From the human T2T-CHM13v2.0 reference genome, Homo sapiens: a stretch of DNA of 64,000 nucleotides. A program made the translations under genes and the position numbers. Location: NCBI RefSeq assembly GCF_009914755.1, contig NC_060947.1, one strand, 5' to 3'. The notes beneath the pieces are model-generated. The model saw nothing but the letters and a program-made list of their open reading frames with translations, was not told the origin of the DNA and searched no databases. Positions 8,918 through 21,429 of this stretch are shown here, piece by piece (position 1 is the first letter of the stretch; each line of letters opens with the position of its first letter).

Positions 8918-9495
8918 GAAGGAGTCGATGGGCCTCTTAGGCCGGAAACCTTACAAGCATAGGACCAAGGCAGAAAAGGTCCAGAGGGTTCATGGTCCTC
9001 CGTTCCACCTGAATCCAGCTAGAGAGCGAGCCAGGGGGATAGGTGTGCCCCTCGTCGCCCGTGCGCTGAGGCACTGTCACGCAAAGAGACATTCACCTTC
9101 CACGTCAACGCACCTTTAAGGGCGAGAGCGGTCCGCCGTGCCCAAGAGGAACGGGATGACATTCAACTGGGACTTGCCTCACCTTGGCTTGGGGGACCTC
9201 GAGAGCGGTCCCGTGGGGGCGGTGTTACTCGTGGTGGTAGAAGTGGAGGGCGTGTCCGGGTACTTGAGTTCATGGGCATCTCTCCCGCCGCCTCTCAGCC
9301 TATCTGCACCATGTCTCACACGTTCAGTTGCAGCTCTTACCGTTTTGAAGGCGCACGTGGGCAAGAAGTCCTGGGCAGCACAAGAAAGTCAATCACGTTG
9401 AGACAGAGAGAGCAGGAGAGGAAGTGGGCCCCAGTAGAAGTGGGCGAGAGAGCGTTGGGTGGGAACGTGGCACGAGAGAGAGAAATTATGAGATT

Positions 9496-9540
<45 letters not shown>

Positions 9541-11837
9541 AGAGAGAGAGAAAGAGAAAGAGACAGAGAAAAGAAACTATGTTGTTTAAAATGCCAGCGG
9601 AAAGTCCATGGGGGTGAAAGAGTCCGGCAATGGCCAGGGAGTTAGCAGCTTGGCGTAGTGTCTTCCCACTGTTTTGTCTGTCTTGAGAATAGCATTCAAC
9701 GCGACTGTGTTCCCGCAGCAGACGTTAGGCCGCTGCCCACGCCTTGAGTGCCGGACGAGGTCAACATAGGCTTTCCGTCACAGAATATGTTTGGGCAGGA
9801 AGATCGGAACACTTGGGGCTGGGCCATCTACCGCTCCCCCACGGCACACACGAGTCGTCAGGGAAATGCCCGCCTCTGTGTGTGTTGTACGTGCAGCCTT
9901 CTGGGCAGAGCCGTGGAGAGTTGGACGTAGGCCAGGTGTGAGGAGGAGAGGTGTGTTTGGGGTGGCCACTGGCTCCCTTCCTGCGTGACGTAGGCTGGCG
10001 TGGGCTCTTCCCCCAGCCCCTTGCCGGTGCTGCCACGTGAGAAGGGCCCGGGTGCCGGTCCCGCTATTCCGGAATTGTGGGTTCACCTGAAGTTTGAGGC
10101 CAAACCCCCAGCGGTCAGTGGGACGCCAGTCGCCTTTGACCTCTTGGTCAAGCTGGCCTTGCCGTGACCCGTGAGAATGCCCAAGTGCCAATGTGTCCCG
10201 GGGGGCAGGGCCGGGGCTGGGATCCTAGTGTGTGCCCAGTCTCCTTCTCGTCCCTGCGGGTTCCACCATCCTCCCATCCTAACGCATCGTTAGGGATGCG
10301 GTTAGGTCGGGTCCATCCCCAGGGCGGTCCAAGGGGACCGCTTTCTGGTTTGTCAGGAAGGCAGGCTAGTAAGAAGGGTCCCGCCGAGTCCCATCTGCCA
10401 AGGACAGGGTCCCGCAGGTGGGCCAGGGCTGGCCCAAAGCGGCCGAGATGCTGATCCGCCATGTGCGGGGCGCTGTTGGCGTTTTTTCCTCAGCAAAGGG
10501 CGGAGGGAGTGGATGTGGGGGAAGGGCAGGTGGGCATTTCTGGAGCAATACTGCCATCAAGAGGAACTGGCTTGGCAATCCCGCGCACCCTTCGCTGTGC
10601 TCGCCTGGGGAGGAGTGGCTTGGGACTGTCCTGGGGGACCAGGCAGGACTAGGGCAGGTGCTCGGACGGATCCGAGGTCTCTGGAGGTCCGAGAGAAGCA
10701 GGCTCCGCCGCGGGGTCGGGCGGTGGAAGCCCCAGAGAGAGGCGCCAGGACTAGCTGGACAGCCAGGACGCCGGGCCGTTCCCGGACAGGAAGCCACGGC
10801 TCGGGAGCCTGGTGGCGGCCATGATCTGGGCGGGACCAGCGGAGGCCTCCGCCAGGGAGCCTGGGCTCGGGGCCTTGGGCAGTTTGCCTGGTGCCCCTTC
10901 CCGTGGGAGCAACCGGGGTGACGGCCTAGCTGGGTCCTCGGCCCGGGAGGCTCCGTCGGCCACACTGCACGCCTGCGGTGTGAGGAGGGCCGACTGCCAG
11001 TGCTGAGTTCCGTGGCCATTGGCGCGGGTGCCCGCCGCTGCTGGCCGGCGCCGGGGCGTTCCTCCTTGCGTCCTAGGGAGGAAGGTGGGCCGCGGGGCAT
11101 CCCGCGGGGCCCGTACCCAGACGGTTCTTGACGAGGTGGACGCAAGGCCAGGCCCGGCCCGGCCCGGCCCGGCCCGGCCACCCTCAGACGCCGTGCACCC
11201 GCCTTGTTGAGACTTGCCACCCTGTCTTGTTGTGTCCATGTCCCCGAGGTTGTCTTGGAGGCGGGCCGTTCCCCGTGGTGCTCATTTCTGCCTGGGGGCC
11301 TTCCGGGGACCCCGCTTGTCTTTGGGGGTGCGCAGGCCGTTGCCCTGCGATCAGAGGCGCACCGACCGATGAGTTCGGTGGCAAAGCTTGAGAAATGGAG
11401 ACTCTCTGGGCATCGGCTAAGGGGGCCCGGGGCCTTCCCAGGCCTGCTGGAGTCCGGGAAGCCGGGGGCACCCAGAAGGAAGGACCCGTCGGACTCTGCC
11501 TGGGGACAGCCTGCTCTGCGCCAGAAGGGTCCGCTGCTCAGGCAGCATCCCCGTGCCTCTCCTCCAGTGGGTCCCTCAGGTAGAATCGGGGCAGGCCCCA
11601 CTGGACGTGCAGGGAGGAGGCTCGGAGGATGCATCCTTTGCAGGACCCGGTCTGGTACAGCAGCAGACGGAGCCATCTCCCGGGGCTTTCTGGCTTCTCC
11701 GAGGGTGTTCAGGAGTCTCCCAAGTGCGCAGGGGCTCGTGCCCAAAGGGTGGAGGTCGGCACCGCTTCGCTCAATTCAGGAGTGGAGAAGGAAGCTAGAG
11801 GACCCTCTGGAGGTGGCAGGTTTAATGTCCTGCTTTT

Positions 11838-11888
<51 letters not shown>

Positions 11889-11913
11889 TTTTGTAATCAA
11901 CTGAAAGAAGGCA
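8918..11913 (+). repeat. Monomer 4 (2996 bp, longest)
   Basis: ttgaCag, ggaTgt (10514, shared only with monomer 13), private gccgTgc (11194), (TTTA)13. Confidence 0.95.
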
Positions 11914-12488
11914 GAAGGAGTCGATGGGCCTCTTAGGCCGGAAACCTTACAAGCATAGGACCAAGGCAGAAAAGGTCCAGAGGGTTCATGGTCCTCCGTT
12001 CCACCTGAATCCAGCTAGAGAGCGAGCCAGGGGGATAGGTGTGCCCCTCGTCGCCCGTGCGCTGAGGCACTGTCACGCAAAGAGACATTCACCTTCCACG
12101 TCAACGCACCTTTAAGGGCGAGAGCGGTCCGCCGTGCCCAAGAGGAACGGGATGACATTCAACTGGGACTTGCCTCACCTTGGCTTGGGGGACCTCGAGA
12201 GCGGTCCCGTGGGGGCGGTGTTACTCGTGGTGGTAGAAGTGGAGGGCGTGTCCGGGTACTTGAGTTCATGGGCATCTCTCCCGCCGCCTCTCAGCCTATC
12301 TGCACCATGTCTCACACGTTCAGTTGCAGCTCTTACCGTTTTGAAGGCGCACGTGGGCAAGAAGTCCTGGGCAGCACAAGAAAGTCAATCACGTTGAGAC
12401 AGAGAGAGCAGGAGAGGAAGTGGGCCCCAGCAGAAGTGGGCGAGAGAGCGTTGGGTGGGAACGTGGCACGAGAGAGAGAAATTATGAG

Positions 12489-12536
<48 letters not shown>

Positions 12537-14833
12537 AGAGAGAGAGAAAGAGAAAGAGACAGAGAAAAGAAACTATGTTGTTTAAAATGCCAGCGGAAAG
12601 TCCATGGGGGTGAAAGAGTCCGGCAATGGCCAGGGAGTTAGCAGCTTGGCGTAGTGTCTTCCCACTGTTTTGTCTGTCTTGAGAATAGCATTCAACGCGA
12701 CTGTGTTCCCGCAGCAGACGTTAGGCCGCTGCCCACGCCTTGAGTGCCGGACGAGGTCAACATAGGCTTTCCGTCACAGAATATGTTTGGGCAGGAAGAT
12801 CGGAACACTTGGGGCTGGGCCATCTACCGCTCCCCCACGGCACACACGAGTCGTCAGGGAAATGCCCGCCTCTGTGTGTGTTGTACGTGCAGCCTTCTGG
12901 GCAGAGCCGTGGAGAGTTGGACGTAGGCCAGGTGTGAGGAGGAGAGGTGTGTTTGGGGTGGCCACTGGCTCCCTTCCTGCGTGACGTAGGCTGGCGTGGG
13001 CTCTTCCCCCAGCCCCTTGCCGGTGCTGCCACGTGAGAAGGGCCCGGGTGCCGGTCCCGCTATTCCGGAATTGTGGGTTCACCTGAAGTTTGAGGCCAAA
13101 CCCCCAGCGGTCAGTGGGACGCCAGTCGCCTTTGACCTCTTGGTCAAGCTGGCCTTGCCGTGACCCGTGAGAATGCCCAAGTGCCAATGTGTCCCGGGGG
13201 GCAGGGCCGGGGCTGGGATCCTAGTGTGTGCCCAGTCTCCTTCTCGTCCCTGCGGGTTCCACCATCCTCCCATCCTAACGCATCGTTAGGGATGCGGTTA
13301 GGTCGGGTCCATCCCCAGGGCGGTCCAAGGGGACCGCTTTCTGGTTTGTCAGGAAGGCAGGCTAGTAAGAAGGGTCCCGCCGAGTCCCATCTGCCAAGGA
13401 CAGGGTCCCGCAGGTGGGCCAGGGCTGGCCCAAAGCGGCCGAGATGCTGATCCGCCATGTGCGGGGCGCTGTTGGCGTTTTTTCCTCAGCAAAGGGCGGA
13501 GGGAGTGGACGTGGGGGAAGGGCAGGTGGGCATTTCTGGAGCAATACTGCCATCAAGGGGAACTGGCTTGGCAATCCCGCGCACCCTTCGCTGTGCTCGC
13601 CTGGGGAGGAGTGGTTTGGGACTGTCCTGGGGGACCAGGCAGGACTAGGGCAGGTGCTCGGACGGATCCGAGGTCTCTGGAGGTCCGAGAGAAGCAGGCT
13701 CCGCCGCGGGGTCGGGCGGTGGAAGCCCCAGAGAGAGGCGCCAGGACTAGCTGGACAGCCAGGACGCCGGGCCGTTCCCGGACAGGAAGCCACGGCTCGG
13801 GAGCCTGGTGGCGGCCATGATCTGGGCGGGACCAGCGGAGGCCTCCGCCAGGGAGCCTGGGCTCGGGGCCTTGGGCAGTTTGCCTGGTGCCCCTTCCCGT
13901 GGGAGCAACCGGGGTGACGGCCTAGCTGGGTCCTCGGCCCGGGAGGCTCCGTCGGCCACACTGCACGCCTGCGGTGTGAGGAGGGCCGACTGCCAGTGCT
14001 GAGTTCCGTGGCCATTGGCGCGGGTGCCCGCCGCTGCTGGCCGGCGCCGGGGCGTTCCTCCTTGCGTCCTAGGGAGGAAGGTGGGCCGCGGGGCATCCCG
14101 CGGGGCCCGTACCCAGACGGTTCTTGACGAGGTGGACGCAAGGCCAGGCCCGGCCCGGCCCGGCCCGGCCCGGCCACCCTCAGACGCCGCGCACCCGCCT
14201 TGTTGAGACTTGCCACCCTGTCTTGTTGTGTCCATGTCCCCGAGGTTGTCTTGGAGGCGGGCCGTTCCCCGTGGTGCTCATTTCTGCCTGGGGGCCTTCC
14301 GGGGACCCCGCTTGTCTTTGGGGGTGCGCAGGCCCTTGCCCTGCGATCAGAGGCGCACCGACCGATGAGTTCGGTGGCAAAGCTTGAGAAATGGAGACTC
14401 TCTGGGCATCGGCTAAGGGGGCCCGGGGCCTTCCCAGGCCTGCTGGAGTCCGGGAAGCCGGGGGCACCCAGAAGGAAGGACCCGTCGGACTCTGCCTGGG
14501 GACAGCCTGCTCCGCGCCAGAAGGGTCCGCTGCTCAGGCAGCATCCCCGTGCCTCTCCTCCAGTGGGTCCCTCAGGTAGAATCGGGGCAGGCCCCACTGG
14601 ACGTGCAGGGAGGAGGCTCGGAGGATGCATCCTTTGCAGGACCCGGTCTGGTACAGCAGCAGACGGAGCCATCTCCCGGGGCTTTCTGGCTTCTCCGAGG
14701 GTGTTCAGGAGTCTCCCAAGTGCACAGGGGCTCGTGCCCAAAGGGTGGAGGTCGGCACCGCTTCGCTCAATTCAGGAGTGGAGAAGGAAGCTAGAGGACC
14801 CTCTGGAGGTGGCAGGTTTAATGTCCTGCTTTT

Positions 14834-14864
<31 letters not shown>

Positions 14865-14889
14865 TTTTGTAATCAACTGAAAGAAGGCA
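11914..14889 (+). repeat. Monomer 5 (2976 bp)
   Basis: cagCag, ggTtt, (TTTA)8; twin of monomer 14. Confidence 0.95.
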
Positions 14890-17791
14890 GAAGGAGTCGA
14901 TGGGCCTCTTAGGCCGGAAACCTTACAAGCATAGGACCAAGGCAGAAAAGGTCCAGAGGGTTCATGGTCCTCCGTTCCACCTGAATCCAGCTAGAGAGCG
15001 AGCCAGGGGGATAGGTGTGCCCCTCGTCGCCCGTGCGCTGAGGCACTGTCACGCAAAGAGACATTCACCTTCCACGTCAACGCACCTTTAAGGGCGAGAG
15101 CGGTCCGCCGTGCCCAAGAGGAACGGGATGACATTCAACTGGGACTTGCCTCACCTTGGCTTGGGGGACCTCGAGAGCGGTCCCGTGGGGGCGGTGTTAC
15201 TCGTGGTGGTAGAAGTGGAGGGCGTGTCCGGGTACTTGAGTTCATGGGCATCTCTCCCGCCGCCTCTCAGCCTATCTGCACCATGTCTCACACGTTCAGT
15301 TGCAGCTCTTACCGTTTTGAAGGCGCACGTGGGCAAGAAGTCCTGGGCAGCACAAGAAAGTCAATCACGTTGAGACAGAGAGAGCAGGAGAGGAAGTGGG
15401 CCCCAGTAGAAGTGGGCGAGAGAGCGTTGGGTGGGAACGTGGCACGAGAGAGAGAAATTATGAGATTGACAGAGAGAGAGAGAGAGAGAGAGAAAGAGAA
15501 AGAGAGAGAGAAAGAGAAAGAGACAGAGAAAAGAAACTATGTTGTTTAAAATGCCAGCGGAAAGTCCATGGGGGTGAAAGAGTCCGGCAATGGCCAGGGA
15601 GTTAGCAGCTTGGCGTAGTGTCTTCCCACTGTTTTGTCTGTCTTGAGAATAGCATTCAACGCGACTGTGTTCCCGCAGCAGACGTTAGGCCGCTGCCCAC
15701 GCCTTGAGTGCCGGACGAGGTCAACATAGGCTTTCCGTCACAGAATATGTTTGGGCAGGAAGATCGGAACACTTGGGGCTGGGCCATCTACCGCTCCCCC
15801 ACGGCACACACGAGTCGTCAGGGAAATGCCCGCCTCTGTGTGTGTTGTACGTGCAGCCTTCTGGGCAGAGCCGTGGAGAGTTGGACGTAGGCCAGGTGTG
15901 AGGAGGAGAGGTGTGTTTGGGGTGGCCACTGGCTCCCTTCCTGCGTGACGTAGGCTGGCGTGGGCTCTTCCCCCAGCCCCTTGCCGGTGCTGCCACGTGA
16001 GAAGGGCCCGGGTGCCGGTCCCGCTATTCCGGAATTGTGGGTTCACCTGAAGTTTGAGGCCAAACCCCCAGCGGTCAGTGGGACGCCAGTCGCCCTTGAC
16101 CTCTTGGTCAAGCTGGCCTTGCCGTGACCCGTGAGAATGCCCAAGTGCCAATGTGTCCCGGGGGGCAGGGCCGGGGCTGGGATCCTAGTGTGTGCCCAGT
16201 CTCCTTCTCGTCCCTGCGGGTTCCACCATCCTCCCATCCTAACGCATCGTTAGGGATGCGGTTAGGTCGGGTCCATCCCCAGGGCGGTCCAAGGGGACCG
16301 CTTTCTGGTTTGTCAGGAAGGCAGGCTAGTAAGAAGGGTCCCGCCGAGTCCCATCTGCCAAGGACAGGGTCCCGCAGGTGGGCCAGGGCTGGCCCAAAGC
16401 GGCCGAGATGCTGATCCGCCATGTGCGGGGCGCTGTTGGCGTTTTTTCCTCAGCAAAGGGCGGAGGGAGTGGACGTGGGGGAAGGGCAGGTGGGCATTTC
16501 TGGAGCAATACTGCCATCAAGGGGAACTGGCTTGGCAATCCCGCGCACCCTTCGCTGTGCTCGCCTGGGGAGGAGTGGCTTGGGACTGTCCTGGGGGACC
16601 AGGCAGGACTAGGGCAGGTGCTCGGACGGATCCGAGGTCTCTGGAGGTCCGAGAGAAGCAGGCTCCGCCGCGGGGTCGGGCGGTGGAAGCCCCAGAGAGA
16701 GGCGCCAGGACTAGCTGGACAGCCAGGACGCCGGGCCGTTCCCGGACAGGAAGCCACGGCTCGGGAGCCTGGTGGCGGCCATGATCTGGGCGGGACCAGC
16801 GGAGGCCTCCGCCAGGGAGCCTGGGCTCGGGGCCTTGGGCAGTTTGCCTGGTGCCCCTTCCCGTGGGAGCAACCGGGGTGACGGCCTAGCTGGGTCCTCG
16901 GCCCGGGAGGCTCCGTCGGCCACACTGCACGCCTGCGGTGTGAGGAGGGCCGACTGCCAGTGCTGAGTTCCGTGGCCATTGGCGCGGGTGCCCGCCGCTG
17001 CTGGCCGGCGCCGGGGCGTTCCTCCTTGCGTCCTAGGGAGGAAGGTGGGCCGCGGGGCATCCCGCGGGGCCCGTACCCAGACGGTTCTTGACGAGGTGGA
17101 CGCAAGGCCAGGCCCGGCCCGGCCCGGCCCGGCCACCCTCAGACGCCGCGCACCCGCCTTGTTGAGACTTGCCACCCTGTCTTGTTGTGTCCATGTCCCC
17201 GAGGTTGTCTTGGAGGCGGGCCGTTCCCCGTGGTGCTCATTTCTGCCTGGGGGCCTTCCGGGGACCCCGCTTGTCTTTGGGGGTGCGCAGGCCCTTGCCC
17301 TGCGATCAGAGGCGCACCGACCGATGAGTTCGGTGGCAAAGCTTGAGAAATGGAGACTCTCTGGGCATCGGCTAAGGGGGCCCGGGGCCTTCCCAGGCCT
17401 GCTGGAGTCCGGGAAGCCGGGGGCACCCAGAAGGAAGGACCCGTCGGACTCTGCCTGGGGACAGCCTGCTCCGCGCCAGAAGGGTCCGCTGCTCAGGCAG
17501 CATCCCCGTGCCTCTCCTCCAGTGGGTCCCTCAGGTAGAATCGGGGCAGGCCCCACTGGACGTGCAGGGAGGAGGCTCGGAGGATGCATCCTTTGCAGGA
17601 CCCGGTCTGGTACAGCAGCAGACGGAGCCATCTCCCGGGGCTTTCTGGCTTCTCCGAGGGTGTTCAGGAGTCTCCCAAGTGCACAGGGGCTCGTGCCCAA
17701 AGGGTGGAGGTCGCACCGCTTCGCTCAATTCAGGAGTGGAGAAGGAAGCTAGAGGACCCTCTGGAGGTGGCAGGTTTAATGTCCTGCTTTT

Positions 17792-17834
<43 letters not shown>

Positions 17835-17859
17835 TTTTGTAATCAACTGAAAGAAGGCA
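14890..17859 (+). repeat. Monomer 6 (2970 bp)
   Basis: ttgaCag, (GGCCC)4, 1-bp deletion gtcgcacc (~17713, shared only with monomer 15), private T>C at 16095. Confidence 0.95.
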
Positions 17860-18437
17860 GAAGGAGTCGATGGGCCTCTTAGGCCGGAAACCTTACAAGC
17901 ATAGGACCAAGGCAGAAAAGGTCCAGAGGGTTCATGGTCCTCCGTTCCACCTGAATCCAGCTAGAGAGCGAGCCAGGGGGATAGGTGTGCCCCTCGTCGC
18001 CCGTGCGCTGAGGCACTGTCACGCAAAGAGACATTCACCTTCCACGTCAACGCACCTTTAAGGGCGAGAGCGGTCCGCCGTGCCCAAGAGGAACGGGATG
18101 ACATTCAACTGGGACTTGCCTCACCTTGGCTTGGGGGACCTCGAGAGCAGTCCCGTGGGGGCGGTGTTACTCGTGGTGGTAGAAGTGGAGGGCGTGTCCG
18201 GGTACTTGAGTTCATGGGCATCTCTCCCGCCGCCTCTCAGCCTATCTGCACCATGTCTCACACGTTCAGTTGCAGCTCTTACCGTTTTGAAGGCGCACGT
18301 GGGCAAGAAGTCCTGGGCAGCACAAGAAAGTCAATCACGTTGAGACAGAGAGAGCAGGAGAGGAAGTGGGCCCCAGCAGAAGTGGGCGAGAGAGCGTTGG
18401 GTGGGAACGTGGCACGAGAGAGAGAAATTATGAGATT

Positions 18438-18470
<33 letters not shown>

Positions 18471-20762
18471 AGAGAGAGAGAAAGAGAAAGAGACAGAGAA
18501 AAGAAACTATGTTGTTTAAAATGCCAGCGGAAAGTCCATGGGGGTGAAAGAGTCCGGCAATGGCCAGGGAGTTAGCAGCTTGGCGTAGTGTCTTCCCACT
18601 GTTTTGTCTGTCTTGAGAATAGCATTCAACGCGACTGTGTTCCCGCAGCAGACGTTAGGCCGCTGCCCACGCCTTGAGTGCCGGACGAGGTCAACATAGG
18701 CTTTCCGTCACAGAATATGTTTGGGCAGGAAGATCGGAACACTTGGGGCTGGGCCATCTACCGCTCCCCCACGGCACACACGAGTCGTCAGGGAAATGCC
18801 CGCCTCTGTGTGTGTTGTACGTGCAGCCTTCTGGGCAGAGCCGTGGAGAGTTGGACGTAGGCCAGGTGTGAGGAGGAGAGGTGTGTTTGGGGTGGCCACT
18901 GGCTCCCTTCCTGCGTGACGTAGGCTGGCGTGGGCTCTTCCCCCAGCCCCTTGCCGGTGCTGCCACGTGAGAAGGGCCCGGGTGCCGGTCCCGCTATTCC
19001 GGAATTGTGGGTTCACCTGAAGTTTGAGGCCAAACCCCCAGCGGTCAGTGGGACGCCAGTCGCCTTTGACCTCTTGGTCAAGCTGGCCTTGCCGTGACCC
19101 GTGAGAATGCCCAAGTGCCAATGTGTCCCGGGGGGCAGGGCCGGGGCTGGGATCCTAGTGTGTGCCCAGTCTCCTTCTCGTCCCTGCGGGTTCCACCATC
19201 CTCCCATCCTAACGCATCGTTAGGGATGCGGTTAGGTCGGGTCCATCCCCAGGGCGGTCCAAGGGGACCGCTTTCTGGTTTGTCAGGAAGGCAGGCTAGT
19301 AAGAAGGGTCCCGCCGAGTCCCATCTGCCAAGGACAGGGTCCCGCAGGTGGGCCAGGGCTGGCCCAAAGCGGCCGAGATGCTGATCCGCCATGTGCGGGG
19401 CGCTGTTGGCGTTTTTTCCTCAGCAAAGGGCGGAGGGAGTGGACGTGGGGGAAGGGCAGGTGGGCATTTCTGGAGCAATACTGCCATCAAGGGGAACTGG
19501 CTTGGCAATCCCGCGCACCCTTCGCTGTGCTCGCCTGGGGAGGAGTGGTTTGGGACTGTCCTGGGGGACCAGGCAGGACTAGGGCAGGTGCTCGGACGGA
19601 TCCGAGGTCTCTGGAGGTCCGAGAGAAGCAGGCTCCGCCGCGGGGTCGGGCGGTGGAAGCCCCAGAGAGAGGCGCCAGGACTAGCTGGACAGCCAGGACG
19701 CCGGGCCGTTCCCGGACAGGAAGCCACGGCTCGGGAGCCTGGTGGCGGCCATGATCTGGGCGGGACCAGCGGAGGCCTCCGCCAGGGAGCCTGGGCTCGG
19801 GGCCTTGGGCAGTTTGCCTGGTGCCCCTTCCCGTGGGAGCAACCGGGGTGACGGCCTAGCTGGGTCCTCGGCCCGGGAGGCTCCGTCGGCCACACTGCAC
19901 GCCTGCGGTGTGAGGAGGGCCGACTGCCAGTGCTGAGTTCCGTGGCCATTGGCGCGGGTGCCCGCCGCTGCTGGCCGGCGCCGGGGCGTTCCTCCTTGCG
20001 TCCTAGGGAGGAAGGTGGGCCGCGGGGCATCCCGCGGGGCCCGTACCCAGACGGTTCTTGACGAGGTGGACGCAAGGCCAGGCCCGGCCCGGCCCGGCCC
20101 GGCCACCCTCAGACGCCGCGCACCCGCCTTGTTGAGACTTGCCACCCTGTCTTGTTGTGTCCATGTCCCCGAGGTTGTCTTGGAGGCGGGCCGTTCCCCG
20201 TGGTGCTCATTTCTGCCTGGGGGCCTTCCGGGGACCCCGCTTGTCTTTGGGGGTGCGCAGGCCCTTGCCCTGCGATCAGAGGCGCACCGACCGATGAGTT
20301 CGGTGGCAAAGCTTGAGAAATGGAGACTCTCTGGGCATCGGCTAAGGGGGCCCGGGGCCTTCCCAGGCCTGCTGGAGTCCGGGAAGCCGGGGGCACCCAG
20401 AAGGAAGGACCCGTCGGACTCTGCCTGGGGACAGCCTGCTCCGCGCCAGAAGGGTCCGCTGCTCAGGCAGCATCCCCGTGCCTCTCCTCCAGTGGGTCCC
20501 TCAGGTAGAATCGGGGCAGGCCCCACTGGACGTGCAGGGAGGAGGCTCGGAGGATGCATCCTTTGCAGGACCCGGTCTGGTACAGCAGCAGACGGAGCCA
20601 TCTCCCGGGGCTTTCTGGCTTCTCCGAGGGTGTTCAGGAGTCTCCCAAGTGCACAGGGGCTCGTGCCCAAAGGGTGGAGGTCGGCACCGCTTCGCTCAAT
20701 TCAGGAGTGGAGAAGGAAGCTAGAGGACCCTCTGGAGGTGGCAGGTTTAATGTCCTGCTTTT

Positions 20763-20793
<31 letters not shown>

Positions 20794-20818
20794 TTTTGTA
20801 ATCAACTGAAAGAAGGCA
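17860..20818 (+). repeat. Monomer 7 (2959 bp, shortest)
   Basis: gagcAgt, cagCag, ggTtt, (GGCCC)4; twin of monomer 16. Confidence 0.95.
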
Positions 20819-21396
20819 GAAGGAGTCGATGGGCCTCTTAGGCCGGAAACCTTACAAGCATAGGACCAAGGCAGAAAAGGTCCAGAGGGTTCATGGTCCT
20901 CCGTTCCACCTGAATCCAGCTAGAGAGCGAGCCAGGGGGATAGGTGTGCCCCTCGTCGCCCGTGCGCTGAGGCACTGTCACGCAAAGAGACATTCACCTT
21001 CCACGTCAACGCACCTTTAAGGGCGAGAGCGGTCCGCCGTGCCCAAGAGGAACGGGATGACATTCAACTGGGACTTGCCTCACCTTGGCTTGGGGGACCT
21101 CGAGAGCGGTCCCGTGGGGGCGGTGTTACTCGTGGTGGTAGAAGTGGAGGGCGTGTCCGGGTACTTGAGTTCATGGGCATCTCTCCCGCCGCCTCTCAGC
21201 CTATCTGCACCATGTCTCACACGTTCAGTTGCAGCTCTTACCGTTTTGAAGGCGCACGTGGGCAAGAAGTCCTGGGCAGCACAAGAAAGTCAATCACGTT
21301 GAGACAGAGAGAGCAGGAGAGGAAGTGGGCCCCAGTAGAAGTGGGCGAGAGAGCGTTGGGTGGGAACGTGGCACGAGAGAGAGAAATTATGAGATT

Positions 21397-21429
<33 letters not shown>

